64,000 nt of DNA from Nemertoderma westbladi (Eukaryota; Animalia; Xenacoelomorpha). Below the pieces are notes generated by a model that worked only from the letters and a program-made list of their open reading frames with translations, searched no databases and was not told the DNA's origin. Below, piece by piece: positions 1 to 11,900 of this stretch; position 1 is the stretch's first letter, and each line of letters begins with the position of its first letter. Made by a program: the position numbers and the translations under genes. Location: NCBI GenBank assembly GCA_032718475.1, contig JAUCBJ010000566.1:1-64000 (forward strand), read 5' to 3'.

Positions 1-1187
1 CAGCTCGGGCCTATATTAGTTCTGTTATAAGTTAATTGCAACTGCAAACGATACACTAATATTTTACTCACATACAGACGCTAAAATTGCTACAGAAACA
101 CTGGCACACCAAATAGATGATCTAGAAAACATATTCTCTAAAATGCACCTTTATTTGAATACAAAAAAGACAGAATTCATGCCAATTTCACCAAAAATGA
201 GCACATCGGAAACTAACAGAATACAATTAAATACTATTGAATTAGAACAATCGTCTACAATAAAATATCTAGGTGTCTTGATCAACAATAACTGGATTGG
301 AAAGAACAAATTACATCAACTTCAAACAAATTGAGTTATGCAATTTCTTGTCTACGTAGGATTAAAGGCCAACTTACAGTTAAAACAAAACTCAATATAT
401 TTAAAGCAACTGTTCTACCTTATCACAACTACTGTAGCAATTTACTATTACCATTACATAATAAACACGGGTTACGAGTTGTCTTCAGTAAACCAATAAG
501 AGATATGACGGGCACCCAATTACGTACACTAGCTAAGCTACCTAATCTATACTCACTACGACAATATACAGGGCTTAATTTCTTCTACCGATACATTAAC
601 AACCTATCCTTGCCTTTTGCTACACTCAATTACCATACCTTCTAAATAAAAAATATAATGAAAAAATACAAAATAATCGAACGGGAAATATAAAATTACC
701 AAAAACAAATAACAATTATGGCCACACCAGTATCATGATAGAATTAATTAAAATTTGGAACCAACTTGAAACACTTACAAAGCAACTTACCGAACATAAA
801 CATTATAAGAAAATCATTCAAATAAAAATTTAACTCACTACAATCGATATGAGGAAATTAATTAAATCAACATGATCTGGAGTGGCGCAAGCGAGAACTG
901 TTGATTCTGTGTCCCTGTCCGAGTCGTACAGTAGTTATTTCCCGGTCTACTGTAGTATTGTGTACTGTAGTTCGGCGGGCCTGACCCTGCTGTGGAACTT
1001 TGACACGTATTTCCTCTATTATCAGCTAAAGTACTTCAATGTGCGGTGCTGCCTCGTATTTTACCTATATATGAGTACCGGAAATATACGAAGTTTTATT
1101 ATTATTAATATTATAAGTTTGATTATTCGATGCACACAGATCCTTTGATATTTTCCCACATTTAATATGTAATAACTATAAAAAAAA
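1..1187 (+). pseudogene. Decayed 3' part of an L2/CR1-group LINE (end of RT, C-terminus, probable 3' UTR ending in an A-run)
   Basis: Frameshifted pieces LNTKKTEFM, IKYLGVLINN, CLRRIKGQL and VLPYHNYC closely parallel the C-terminal half of ORF 8991-10847 (LNPDKTEFM, VKYFGIRINN, CLRKIKGQL, VLPHHHYC). The 3' boundary is approximate. Confidence 0.8.
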
Positions 1188-1189
1188 GA

Positions 1190-2270
1190 TGTGTCACACC
1201 TGTTTATAAAAAGGGCCCCAACATATACTGCTGTAATTACAGGCCTATTTCTCTAACAAGCGCCTTAGGAAAATTATTCGAAAGGATTGTCAGTAAATAT
1301 ATACTGCACCACGTAATTAAAAATGGAACTCCCACATTAATAACATTATTGACAAAGCAAAGACTAGACTTAACCTTCTGCGAGCTGATAAATACAAGCT
1401 TAGCAAAAGTGCTCTTTCAGTGCTACACCTCCTTTGTGCTGCCTATTCTCGAATATGCTTGTCCCGTATGGGATGGTTGTACACAATATCTAAAAGAAAG
1501 ACTTGAACTAATAAATAAAGAGGCCATTAGAATTATATGTAAACTTACAATATCGTGCCGCACTGAGGACCTGTACGCTGAATCCGGCTTACAAACACCA
1601 CAGGACCGCCGTGATTTAATTAAACTGAGTATTTTTTACAAGGGATCTAAAGGACACCTACCACATCACCTAACTGAAATCATTCCACCGCGTATTGATC
1701 AAGCCAACCCTTATAATTTGAGACATACGAATAAAGACAGACTACCGATAACACGCACAGAATGTGTAAATAATTCGTTTGTAAGCTCAACTGTTGAATC
1801 TATGGAATTGTCTTCCATATGAGGTAACTGAGTCAGAAACGCTAAAAATATTTAAGAAAATCTTACTGACGGAGGGCAGATATAAAGTTAATAAATTAAA
1901 CCCATATATCATGTTAGGATCTGTTGCTATCAATGGGCTAGTAGGGCGACTACACGTCGCAACTGCAGCGTACTAAAATATGACATGTACCGTAACCACA
2001 TAGCCACAGACTCCACTTGCGCTTGTGGACACCAACAACGTGAGGACGCCTACCACTACTTAATGGTGGCTTAATTATTGGCTTATCTCCACACGACTCC
2101 CACAGGATAGCACTGACTACCGTACTTTCCAGCCTTAACATCAACTATACTCTACACAACTTACTTTATGGACCGCAAGGATAGGACCTGGACATACTCA
2201 GAGCTATTTCAGAGGCACTAGAAATCTACATTACATCAACCCAGCGCTTCACAGAACTGGGGTATTAATT
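1190..2270 (+). pseudogene. Decayed, internally deleted CR1-group LINE ORF2 fragment
   Basis: TPVYKKG..NYRPISLTSALGKLFE near 1196-1290; YTSFVLPILEYACPVWD in ORF 1349-1822; C-terminal CACGH...EDAYHY zinc-finger-like motif near 2015-2060. Confidence 0.8.
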
Positions 2271-2419
2271 TAATTAATAATTTCCTAAAATTATTTGAAA
2301 TAAATATAAATATATTATATTTTGTTTTTTGTTTCCTATTGTAAATAAACATATAATTTGAATATAGTTTATTTCCAAGTAAGAAATTTCCATAAACTTA
2401 TATATAATTTTATCAAAAT

Positions 2420-5400
2420 TAATGATTATCATTATTAATTGAATAATGATATACAGTATGTTAGGCCTAATATGTTTAAGTTGCATTTCACAATAACATA
2501 GTGGACGGCATTCTCAATGTACATTGTACAGGTGATAATTCTTGGTCAGTAAGAGAAAACGGGGGAAGTATTTATAGTATACAATCTTTTCGCTCATTTA
2601 TAGTATTTACCTCATATCTGTTATCTCAGCCTGGCGATGGCCAGGCCCAAATTTCAGCTTCCAGTTCCATGTATCGATCTAACTGAAAGCCAACTAACAC
2701 CTAATATCCACATAGATGATCTTACTGAAAGTCAGCTAGTCAGGGATCTGGCACCCGATGAAAGCCCAGAGAATATTTTATGTGGGATCCCTCTTGTAAA
2801 GCGCGACACTGAATCTATCTCTGGTAAAAATTGGTTGACCGATAATGTTTTGGAAGGTCTCCTGCGATTCTTCTGTGAGAGGTCCTATGGTCGATCACGC
2901 CCCTTCAACTGCCGTTTTTTCGATGTCCTCAATTCTCCAGGTGGTCCCTTTAGAATTTCCAAATGGATCGCTAAAACTAACATCTTCGACTATGATACCT
3001 TACTCTTCCCAGTAAATATAAACAACAACCACTGGATCCTTCTAACATTCCACCCAAAAGCTGGTTATATTCGTTGCTTCGACTCCTTGGGTGGTAGCCA
3101 CGAAAAGCTGACCCACGACTTAAGGGACTGGGCCGTTTCATTAGCAGTACTAAACAATGAAGATCACTCCGGTATTCGATTACTTCCCCATACCCCCAAG
3201 CTGCAGTTTAATGACTCTCATCAGTGTGCAATCTACGTCTGCCACTTCGCAAAGTTTAGTGTTGAACACCCAAATGAGTGCTATCAGACATCCTTCCCAC
3301 TATCAGGTGTCAATGACAGGTCGATCCAGTCTCTCCGTCTAAACTTGGCCACAATAGTGTTTGCTAACCCTATTAAGGCATTTCCTCTCAGCAATGCACC
3401 TAATCCCAGCTCAAAAGGAATGAATCCTTTTACAAATCCGCAGGCAGGCACACCAGGATCAACCCAGCACGGTGGTTTGGAGGGGAAAGCACCATGCACC
3501 ACACAGACCCAAGGTTTTAACATTTCAGAAGATTGCCTCATTGGTGATGTAAATCCAGACAATTCGACTTCCAGCACGCAAGGTATAGGTGTCCAAGCCC
3601 GTTCAAGATGCTCTGTATGCAAGAAAGATATTCTGGTAAATGGTAATGGTCACCTTCGCAGGCACAAAGAGAATTCTGGAGGTCCCTTGTGTCCTGGAGC
3701 AGGCAAGTTGGCTGACGTTCAGTGTAGAGATTATAGCAATTCGGAGGAGAATTCTCAGTCAGACGAGCAATTAGTTTGTCCCACATGCAGTGAAGGAAAC
3801 ATGAGAAAGCAGATAGTCCATTGTGCTAACTGTTCAGTTTGGTATCACCTCTCATGTGTCGGCCTCAGGAAGAAGGATTCAGAATCCCTACCACACTGGT
3901 TCTGTGGAACTTGCCTTGATCGACCTCGGACAATACTACCAGATGTTGACCCCAGCTATAGTAAATACTTGGAAAATCTTGCATCTTATATTGCCATGCT
4001 GAAGCAATCCATTCCTGTGTTGGCAAAGATTCCTAAAGGGGCTAGAATCATGGCTGCAGACGCACTGGCCCCTTTGCTCAAAGAAGCAATTGACAACCCT
4101 GTGCCAATAACCTGGGCCCGGCTCCTAGCATTCTCGTTTGGGGCGTTAGCAAAGCCGATTCCAGCTACAAACGACCATTTGCAACCCTCACTAACATCTA
4201 AAGTCAAGCAGCAAATAAGAGACTATATGGCATCACCCTGCCTTCCCAATCCTCGTGTTCCTCTGCACACTACACATCAGCAGCACAAACCATCAAATCT
4301 AGATGAAGCAGAACTCATTCGCAAGCGAGTTTCAGCCAAGTTCATGGATGGCGATGTCCGAGGCGCTGTAAGGATTATCACATCACAGGAGGGTTTTGCA
4401 GACCACAGTGAAGATACAATCAATGCCCTCAGGGAGAAGCACCCACCTGCCCCACTTGATCTTGATCTCCCACCACCCCCAGATGACACACTAGCAGGTC
4501 CAGTTATCACTACGAAGGAGGACGTCCTTGCCAGTATCCAGTCATTCCCCCTTTCTTCTGCTGCTGGCCCCGATGGCCTTCGCCCAGGTCATCTCCGTGA
4601 CATGGTCAGCAGAGGAACTGGAGCTGCTGGTGACAAGCTGCTCAGTGAATTGACTAGGCTCGCAAATACAGCACACCGTGGGGAAACCCCTAAATTTGCT
4701 GTGCCAATCTTCTTTGGGGCCTGTCTCTGCGCCCTTAACAAAAAGGGGGGAGGTCTGCGTCCAATTGCTGTCGGCAATACATTCAGGCGCTTGGTGACAA
4801 AAACTGGCATTAAACCCCTCTCAGAAGTTCTTGGAGCTGAACTAAGGCCCACACAGCTAGGTTATGGAACCAAGGGTGGTTGTGAGGCAGCTGTGCATGC
4901 GACCCGGCAATATATCAATGGCACTAAGGAACAGAAGGTGGTACTGAAAATCGACATGAAGAATGCATTTAACAGTATGCGTCGTGATGTTTTCCTGAAG
5001 GCAGCTCGTGATCGTTTGCCAAGTATTTACCCCCTTGTGTGGCAGGCTTATTCCACACCTACAGTCCTTATTTTCGGAGATCACATCATCGAATCGGCCA
5101 CAGGTATGCAACAGGGTGATCCTAGTGGCCCTCTTCTCTTCGCGGTGGGAGAGGAGCCTGTCACCAAACTTGTTGGTTCAGAGCTGAATATCTGGTTTCT
5201 TGACGACGGTACGGTAGGTGGTACTACAGAGAGTGTTCTTTCGGATGTCGTGGCAATAATACCAGAGCTAGCGAAGATTGGTCTAATTGTTAACGATGCA
5301 AAGTGTGAATTGATACTACTCAACCATACACCAGAAGCCGCTACTGAGACAATCCACAAGTTCAGTCAGCTCCTCCCTAATATTAGGGTCCTAAACAAGG

Positions 5401-7072
5401 TGGACCAGGTCCTTCTAGGAGCTCCCCTTACACGGGATGCTATTGAACCAGCTATCCAATCAAAACTCAAGTCTCTCGAGGTGATGGTTGATCGGCTGGT
5501 ACATGTTGATGCACATCAAGGCTTCACCTTACTCAAGAATTGTCTGGCAGTCCCCCGGCTACAGTACACTCTGCGCACATCACCCACATTCAACAACACT
5601 GGTGACTTGCAGGAATTTGATACAGTTGTCCAAGATGCCCTTTCTAGTATCACCAATGTTAACTTTCAGGGAAAATCCATTACCCAGGGATCACTACCAG
5701 TCAGTCTCGGGGGACTTGGGATCCGTAAGTTGGAAGATCTGGCACTGCCTAGTTATATTTCCTCTCTTCATTCCACCAATATCCTCGTTAACTCCGTCCT
5801 CTCTAACACATTTGGACTGGAGCCATCGTGTGATTTGGCAGGAGCCGTCAAGGCATGGAGGGAGAAGTTCTCTTCAGTTGAGGAACCCAGTGGGGCAGCC
5901 AGGAATAACCAGAAAGCCTGGGACACTATCTCTGCGACTATAACACAGAGAGACCTGTTTGCCAAAGCGGATCAGGTCGAAACAGCACGCCTGGCTGCAG
6001 CAGCGCAAGTGGAGAGTGGGCTTTGGCTTCATGCGACCCCTATTCCATCTTTAGGGTCGAATTTGGATCCGGAAGCTCTTCGAATTGGTATAGCACAGAG
6101 AGTTGGTGCACCTATCTGCCATAAACACACCTGCAAGTGTGGCAAGGAAGTGGATATTCTTGGGCACCATGCACTGTCCTGCCGAAACAGCATGGGTAGG
6201 TTCCCACGTCATGCAGCTCTCAACGATGTGCTGAAACGTTCACTGAGCAGAGCTGGTCTACCATCTGTCCTGGAACCTACTGGGTTGGATAGGGGAGATG
6301 GGAAACGTCCTGATGGTATGACCATCTACCCCTACTCGAAAGGCCGGTGCCTGGTATGGGATGCTACATGTGTGGATACCTTTGCCCCATCCCACATTAT
6401 TCGCTCTGCCATTGAGCCATCCTCAGCATCAGCAGCAGCGGAGGAGCTAAAGCGTGTGAAATACCGCAATTTGGGTCAGCAGTACCAATTCGAACCCCTG
6501 GCCTTCGAGACCACAGGAGTATTCGGTCCATCCACCATCAGCGTGTTAAAAGATCTTGGCCGAAGACTCATAGCGGAGTCAGGAGACCCACGCGAGAGCT
6601 TGTGGCTGAAGCAACGCATCGGGATAGCCATAGTGAGGGGGAATGCCCTTTGTGTTCGGGGTTCAATCAGCGCTGTGGAATAGAGTTATTCTCGCCGAGG
6701 TAAAGGGAGTAGATCAAAGAGTCATCGAGGTAAAGGGAGTAGATCAAGGAGTCGTGGAGGAAAGGGGAAGAAGAAAGGAAAGAGAGGAAGATCGAAGGGG
6801 TGTGGGAAGAAAGGAGTGGGAAAGTCGATATCTAATCAATTCGATGTTGCAGCTGTATGGAAGAAGTTGATGAGAGGAAAATAAACAGTTGGAATGTCAT
6901 TACAGTACTTTAGGTTAATATGATTGTTTATCTTGTCTGTAAATTCAAAAAATAATTGTTTAAGCAAAATTTATTTAAAAATTTAATTTATTTAAAAATT
7001 TAATTTATTTAAAAATTTTCTCTAAACTAATAAAAATATGAATGTTTTTAAAAAAAAAAAAAAAAAAAAAAT
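2420..7072 (+). mobile_element. Apparently full-length CRE-like (RLE-type) non-LTR retrotransposon inserted in the 3' UTR of the CR1-like LINE
   Basis: Single long ORF. The 3' UTR has a 22-bp direct repeat (CGAGGTAAAGGGAGTAGATCAA, ~6696 and ~6726) and a 17-bp AT tandem (~6965-7017). Poly(A) at ~7050-7071. Candidate 12-bp TSD TTTTATCAAAAT at 2408-2419 and 7073-7084 is AT-rich, so tentative. Confidence 0.8.
2637..6683 (+). CDS. Intact 1348-aa retrotransposon polyprotein: Ulp1/C48 protease, C2HC Zn finger, PHD finger, reverse transcriptase, CCHC, restriction-like endonuclease
   Basis: Ulp1 motifs WLTDNVL, FPVNINNNHWIL, CFDSLG, Q..C. PHD: CPTC...CANCSVWYHLSCVG...WFCGTC. RT: GGLRPIAVG, DMKNAFN, QQGDPSGP, FLDDG. 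CKCG...HALSC. RLE: RPDG...WDATC...K..KY...PLAFET. Confidence 0.93.
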   Translation: MARPKFQLPVPCIDLTESQLTPNIHIDDLTESQLVRDLAPDESPENILCGIPLVKRDTESISGKNWLTDNVLEGLLRFFCERSYGRSRPFNCRFFDVLNSPGGPFRISKWIAKTNIFDYDTLLFPVNINNNHWILLTFHPKAGYIRCFDSLGGSHEKLTHDLRDWAVSLAVLNNEDHSGIRLLPHTPKLQFNDSHQCAIYVCHFAKFSVEHPNECYQTSFPLSGVNDRSIQSLRLNLATIVFANPIKAFPLSNAPNPSSKGMNPFTNPQAGTPGSTQHGGLEGKAPCTTQTQGFNISEDCLIGDVNPDNSTSSTQGIGVQARSRCSVCKKDILVNGNGHLRRHKENSGGPLCPGAGKLADVQCRDYSNSEENSQSDEQLVCPTCSEGNMRKQIVHCANCSVWYHLSCVGLRKKDSESLPHWFCGTCLDRPRTILPDVDPSYSKYLENLASYIAMLKQSIPVLAKIPKGARIMAADALAPLLKEAIDNPVPITWARLLAFSFGALAKPIPATNDHLQPSLTSKVKQQIRDYMASPCLPNPRVPLHTTHQQHKPSNLDEAELIRKRVSAKFMDGDVRGAVRIITSQEGFADHSEDTINALREKHPPAPLDLDLPPPPDDTLAGPVITTKEDVLASIQSFPLSSAAGPDGLRPGHLRDMVSRGTGAAGDKLLSELTRLANTAHRGETPKFAVPIFFGACLCALNKKGGGLRPIAVGNTFRRLVTKTGIKPLSEVLGAELRPTQLGYGTKGGCEAAVHATRQYINGTKEQKVVLKIDMKNAFNSMRRDVFLKAARDRLPSIYPLVWQAYSTPTVLIFGDHIIESATGMQQGDPSGPLLFAVGEEPVTKLVGSELNIWFLDDGTVGGTTESVLSDVVAIIPELAKIGLIVNDAKCELILLNHTPEAATETIHKFSQLLPNIRVLNKVDQVLLGAPLTRDAIEPAIQSKLKSLEVMVDRLVHVDAHQGFTLLKNCLAVPRLQYTLRTSPTFNNTGDLQEFDTVVQDALSSITNVNFQGKSITQGSLPVSLGGLGIRKLEDLALPSYISSLHSTNILVNSVLSNTFGLEPSCDLAGAVKAWREKFSSVEEPSGAARNNQKAWDTISATITQRDLFAKADQVETARLAAAAQVESGLWLHATPIPSLGSNLDPEALRIGIAQRVGAPICHKHTCKCGKEVDILGHHALSCRNSMGRFPRHAALNDVLKRSLSRAGLPSVLEPTGLDRGDGKRPDGMTIYPYSKGRCLVWDATCVDTFAPSHIIRSAIEPSSASAAAEELKRVKYRNLGQQYQFEPLAFETTGVFGPSTISVLKDLGRRLIAESGDPRESLWLKQRIGIAIVRGNALCVRGSISAVE

Positions 7073-7084
7073 TTTTATCAAAAT

Positions 7085-7310
7085 AAGAAAATTAAATTAA
7101 ATTTATCCTCAACGTGACTTCTTCTTATAGAAATGATGCACCGTGCGCGTGGAATAATGTGTGAGTGGTATGTATGTTGTGCGTACGGGTAGGAGCGGCA
7201 TTAATATAAGCTCTAGCTTGTTTGCCAATCCTACCCTTTACTCACCTTCACATATTGTAAAGTGCAATATTAGTACTTATAATAAACATATGTTTAAACA
7301 AAAAAAAAAA
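7085..7310 (+). mobile_element. 3' terminus of a CR1/L2-group LINE, probably the continuation of 1190-2419
   Basis: ATAAGCTCTAGCTT stem-loop, then AATAAACATATGTTTAAAC and poly(A) at ~7300-7310, a typical LINE 3' end. Confidence 0.55.
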
Positions 7311-7611
7311 CTATAAAATATCAATAATGGATAAATTAATTGCAGTTATTAATTGTATATTGCAAAATTTTTCTGTACACCTTTTGATTTTATTCAAAAA
7401 CATACCTAAAAACTACAACTAAATTATTTTTGAGTTTGTTCAGTTCAGTAAGTTTGATATCATGAAGTCAATAAATAATGTAGATTAAACAGAATTGTCG
7501 GTTATCTGGCAGTTTCATGCTTCAGGGATGGTTTAGAGAACAGCATAGATTTATCATCAATCTGCAATTAATAATTAGATGTACAGAAATGTAATTAATA
7601 ATAATTTAGTA

Positions 7612-7935
7612 GGCTCTACTACTACTACTAGGTCGAACGAACTCGGACAGTGGAAATGAGATCCTTCCAGGCTTCACGATTCTCGGTTGTTGCAATTTCG
7701 TTTCTCCCAAGTTCAGTATCCCTTTCAAGCTACTAGTACTAGGATCGGCGTGCTGCATTGCAGCTGCATTATTAAGAATGCTGTGCCGGCTTATCGACAA
7801 AATTGCACCTTTCAAGCTGGTCTATATATGTTATAGCCGGTCATCCATGGCTAAGCTTTACTTGTGTTAATTGCCAGAAAAGTAGATCTGGTATGAGCAT
7901 ATATTTACTTCTCCAGCCACTGAATCTTAGTCTAC
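7612..7935 (-). mobile_element. 5'-truncated RTE-clade LINE 3' end, family B, with (TAG)n tail
   Basis: With the nested insert removed, the minus strand gives RPAITYIDQLERDT and, after a frameshift, ENREAWKDLISTVRVRST*, followed by TAGTAGTAG. Confidence 0.75.
7732..7807 (-). mobile_element. Very short RTE family A 3' end nested in the family B copy
   Basis: Matches the 3' end of 26365-27035. Flanked by 11-bp TSD CCTTTCAAGCT (7721-7731, 7808-7818). Confidence 0.85.
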
Positions 7936-8028
7936 ATTCATGGAGGGTGGTTGATACATGTAATAATATACCATAAAGCTCGGCGTTTGTTGTGTTGTCT
8001 CCATCTGATGTTTAGGGCTGCCCTTAGT

Positions 8029-8335
8029 CTACTACTAGTATCGGCATGCTGCATTGCAGCTGCATTTTCAGAATGCTGTGCCGGCTTGTCGACAAAATTG
8101 CGCCGTTCTAGTGTCAAGCTGGGGGGTACCAATGAGACACCTCCAATGTTATTTAGTGTCTGGTTGGAGATGTGTGCATTGTACTTGACACAATGAACCC
8201 GGCGTAGCATTCTTGTGAATGTGCCATCCAGAGATTTGGTGTCCTCAGCAGTTAGAGCCCAGCATGGACTCCCATAGAGGAGTACTGGAACTACTGCTGC
8301 TCTAAATAATCGGACCATAAGTTTCTGATTAATTC
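8029..8335 (-). mobile_element. RTE family A 3' fragment with an internal deletion
   Basis: LFRAAVVPVLLYGSPCWALT...LDGTFTRMLRRV plus the same 3' UTR and (TAG)n tail as the other copies. Confidence 0.85.
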
Positions 8336-8360
8336 TCGGTGACTTCTAAAGGAGGACAGA

Positions 8361-8622
8361 ATGGAGGTGTTGCATCGGGAATACCGAACCCGATACCCGT
8401 ACGACATCGCCGTTGATGTGTGCGATGTAAGCGCGGATCCCAACAAGGAGATCGCACGATTATACCATATGAATATGTATTTATTGCACGACGAACCTCT
8501 ACCCGCCGTTAGAGATCAATTTGACAGAATGCATCTTTACTGGAGAACCCGAGGGGAAGATGATGAGACGCCAAGGGTCTTCAGCGTGTATAAGTTATTC
8601 TACAAATGCAGCGAATGTATGA
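8361..8622 (+). pseudogene. Fragment homologous to the BEL accessory ORF at 38777-39853
   Basis: Shared pattern TRYP...DP..E..RLY...MYL..D.PLP.V.D.F..M..Y..T...L.Y.C.EC. It ends at the tail of the adjacent L2. Confidence 0.75.
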
Positions 8623-8990
8623 ATAGATAGATAGATAGATAGGTCTCTTTTATTTGCAAACTTATAAGTATGAATAAACAATACATTACAAGGCAGTGCA
8701 CACCATAAAGTGATTACTGATGATTGACCAAATAAGCGTCAAAATAAGCGCTGTTAATAACAGGCCAGTATGTACATTGTACAGTACACATATAAATATA
8801 GATATTACCTCACACAACATTATATATATAATCGCGACTAGTAATAAGGTAGACCTAGCTTATTTATAATTTATAATAATATTATTAGTAATATGTATCT
8901 AACTAACTATGTAACTAACCAATTGCCACCGGCCGCCACAGCACAAAGAAAGGAGTATGTATTGATGGGATTAAATGTAATGGATTTTGA

Positions 8991-11900
8991 TTATGTAATT
9001 TCATCTCTGGCGTAGGTTGAAAGAAAGAATTTGCGGAGCTTGGACTTAAATGATGTGTACATATTTGTTTGCCGTACATCTAATGGTAGGGAATTCCATT
9101 TTTTTGCGAGAGAAACTGATAGGCTGTTGTGGCCGTAATTATTTTTGGAAGTAGGTATTTTTAATTTTAATGTTCGTTTGTTTAGTTTTGGTTCAGAGTC
9201 CGAAATAAATGGTAGTCTTAAATGGATAAAGGGCAGTGACATGTTATAAATATATCTAAAGAAGAACAGCAAACTGAAGTAATCTCTGTAGGCCGACAGT
9301 ATTGGAATTTTAGCTTTTTTACGGAGCTCAGTTCCCGATGCCTCTCTAGTGCCTTTCCCGAAAATTGTACGTAGCGCCATATTTTGGATTTTTTCGAGAT
9401 TATAAAGTGTCTTTTTGTATCCGTGTAAATCATGAAACGAGGTTAGTAATAGACAGCAGTAATGATGATGTGGAAGCACAAAGGATTTATAAATTTTGAT
9501 TTTTGTTGTTGTTGGTAGTTGGCCTTTTATTTTCCTTAGACAGGATAAACTAATAGCCATTTTTTGTATTACTTTGGTGATGTGGTCATTCCAGTTGAGC
9601 TTGTTATTGATTCTGATACCGAAGTATTTTACAGATTTACTTTGACTGATTTCAGTTCCGTCATTTACTTTCAGTTTGATAAAATCTATGTCGTCTATAT
9701 TGGAGTTATTAGGAGAAAGAAGCATGAATTCTGTTTTGTCTGGATTTAGTTTTAGTTTGTTCTGCTGATATATCTGTAAGATGTTTCTTAAGTTGGTATG
9801 TAGGTTATCGCGAGCCGTTAGTGGGTTAGTGGAAGAGGTGTACAAGACGCAGTCATCCGCATAAAATAACAGTTTACAGTCGCTCGATATATGTCTCGGG
9901 AAATTGTTCGTGTATAAACTGAAGAGAAGGGGCCCGAGACAGGTCCCTTGAGGAACCCCTCTCTTCTCAGTAGCCCATGGTGAAAGATATGTATCGATTT
10001 TAGTTTTTTGTTTCCTGTTTGTTAAATAGCTTAGAATTAGTTTAATCGCTGTTGAGTGAAATCCCATATTTGATAATTTTGCTAGTAATAGATCATGATC
10101 AATTGAATTGAACGCCTTACTTAGGTCTAAGAAAGCGGCTGCAATGTATTTCTTGCTATCTAGCTGATTTTTCCACTGTTCAGTTAGAAAAACGACGGCA
10201 TCTTGGGTGGAATAGCCAGCTCTGAATCCGAACTGTCGCGGGAACAGTAATTTATTTTGTTTTAGAAATAGTTGCGTTTGAATTGCGATTAGTTTTTCAA
10301 ATATTTTGGCTAAAGGGTGTACAATGGAAATAGGGCGGTAATCGGTCGCATCGGTTTCATCGCCCTTTTTATAGACCGGGGTTACAACTGCAAGTTTAAA
10401 TCGATCTGGAAATACTGATTGTGTAAAACAGCTGTCAAAAATGTGTGTTAATGGCTTACAAACTTTTGGAGATATCAACTTAATTATTTTTATTGGAGTT
10501 TCCGAAGGGCCGCTTGATTTATTGCTATTTAATTTATTTAGAATATCAGAGACCAACAGTGGAGATACGCTAGTATATGAAAAGTTACCGTTATGTATAA
10601 TTTGATGTGTTGTAATATTATTTCTAGATTTCAGTTCGTCAAATTTACCGAGATCAATGAATATTTCGTTAAAAATTTTTGCCATTGCTGGCTTGTCAGA
10701 AATAAATTGTCCATTATGTTTTATTTCGTTAATCTCACCAGATTTGTATTTCCCAAGAATGGTGTTAATAAGTTTCCAACGGGTCCTTGTGTCAGTTGAA
10801 TTTAAGTACTTTTGTTTTACATACTGATTTTTTAGATATTTATTCATATTATTAAACTTATTACGTGCTAATTTATATTCGTTAAAGTGTTGGTCCGTTT
10901 TAGAGGACCGCCAGTCGACTAATTTTTCGTATTTGGTCCGCCTGAGTGATTCAAGTTCCGTATTTTCCCAAGCTGATTTATTTCAGGATTTACTAGAAAT
11001 ATCTCTCGCTAACTTACGGCGCAATGGGGCGTGTTTGTGTAAGGCATCTTCTATCGATGATTCAAAATATCGCAGTTTATCATTAACGTTATTCATGTGG
11101 TAAATGTGACACCAAGAGATTGCACTAATGGCCGTTAAGAATGCGTTCTCATTGAAATCCGTAAAGTCTCGGTAAGTAACCCATTTAGCGGTATGTTGTT
11201 TACTACCGTGAGATGCGATTGACTTATTTAGGGTCAACACTGTATACTCGTGGTCTGAATAGTCACATGGAAATATTTTACAGTCAAGGATGTCGTTGTC
11301 AACTAAGTCAGTGATTACTAGATCTAGTAAGGTTCCGGACGTTTTCGTATATCGAGTGGGTTCAGTATGGGTGTCTAGTGTGGATTGTAAGTCTTTTGAT
11401 TTTGGTGTGTTTCGGTTTAACATATTGATGTTAAAATCGCCCTGTAAAATAATAGAGCTTGATGGTTCCATTAAAATGGCCGTCTCAATTTCCTGAGTGA
11501 ATTCTTCTATAAATTTAATGTTTGAGCTTGGTGGATTGTAGACTGTACAAATTAAGATTGATCCAATTTGTATCCACATTGTTTCTAATTTGTTTTTAAT
11601 TTCAGGTCGGATCGCAAACGGCCGGGATATCCTTTTTCTGGAACGTAGAGGCGTGGAACGTGGGCCTGGAACGTGGGGCGTACTAACGCCCCCTCCCTTT
11701 CTATTGCGCCTGTCCCGCCGAAATATTTTATATCCCGTGATTGCTATACAACGATTGTGGTGGTATTTTTTTAACCATGTTTCGGTCTCTGAGATTATTG
11801 TATTTTTATAATTTTTTACGAGATCTTTAAGGTCATCAATATGTTTAACTAGGCTTCTAGCGTTAATATGGATGAATTTAGTATTATTGATATTGTTGTT

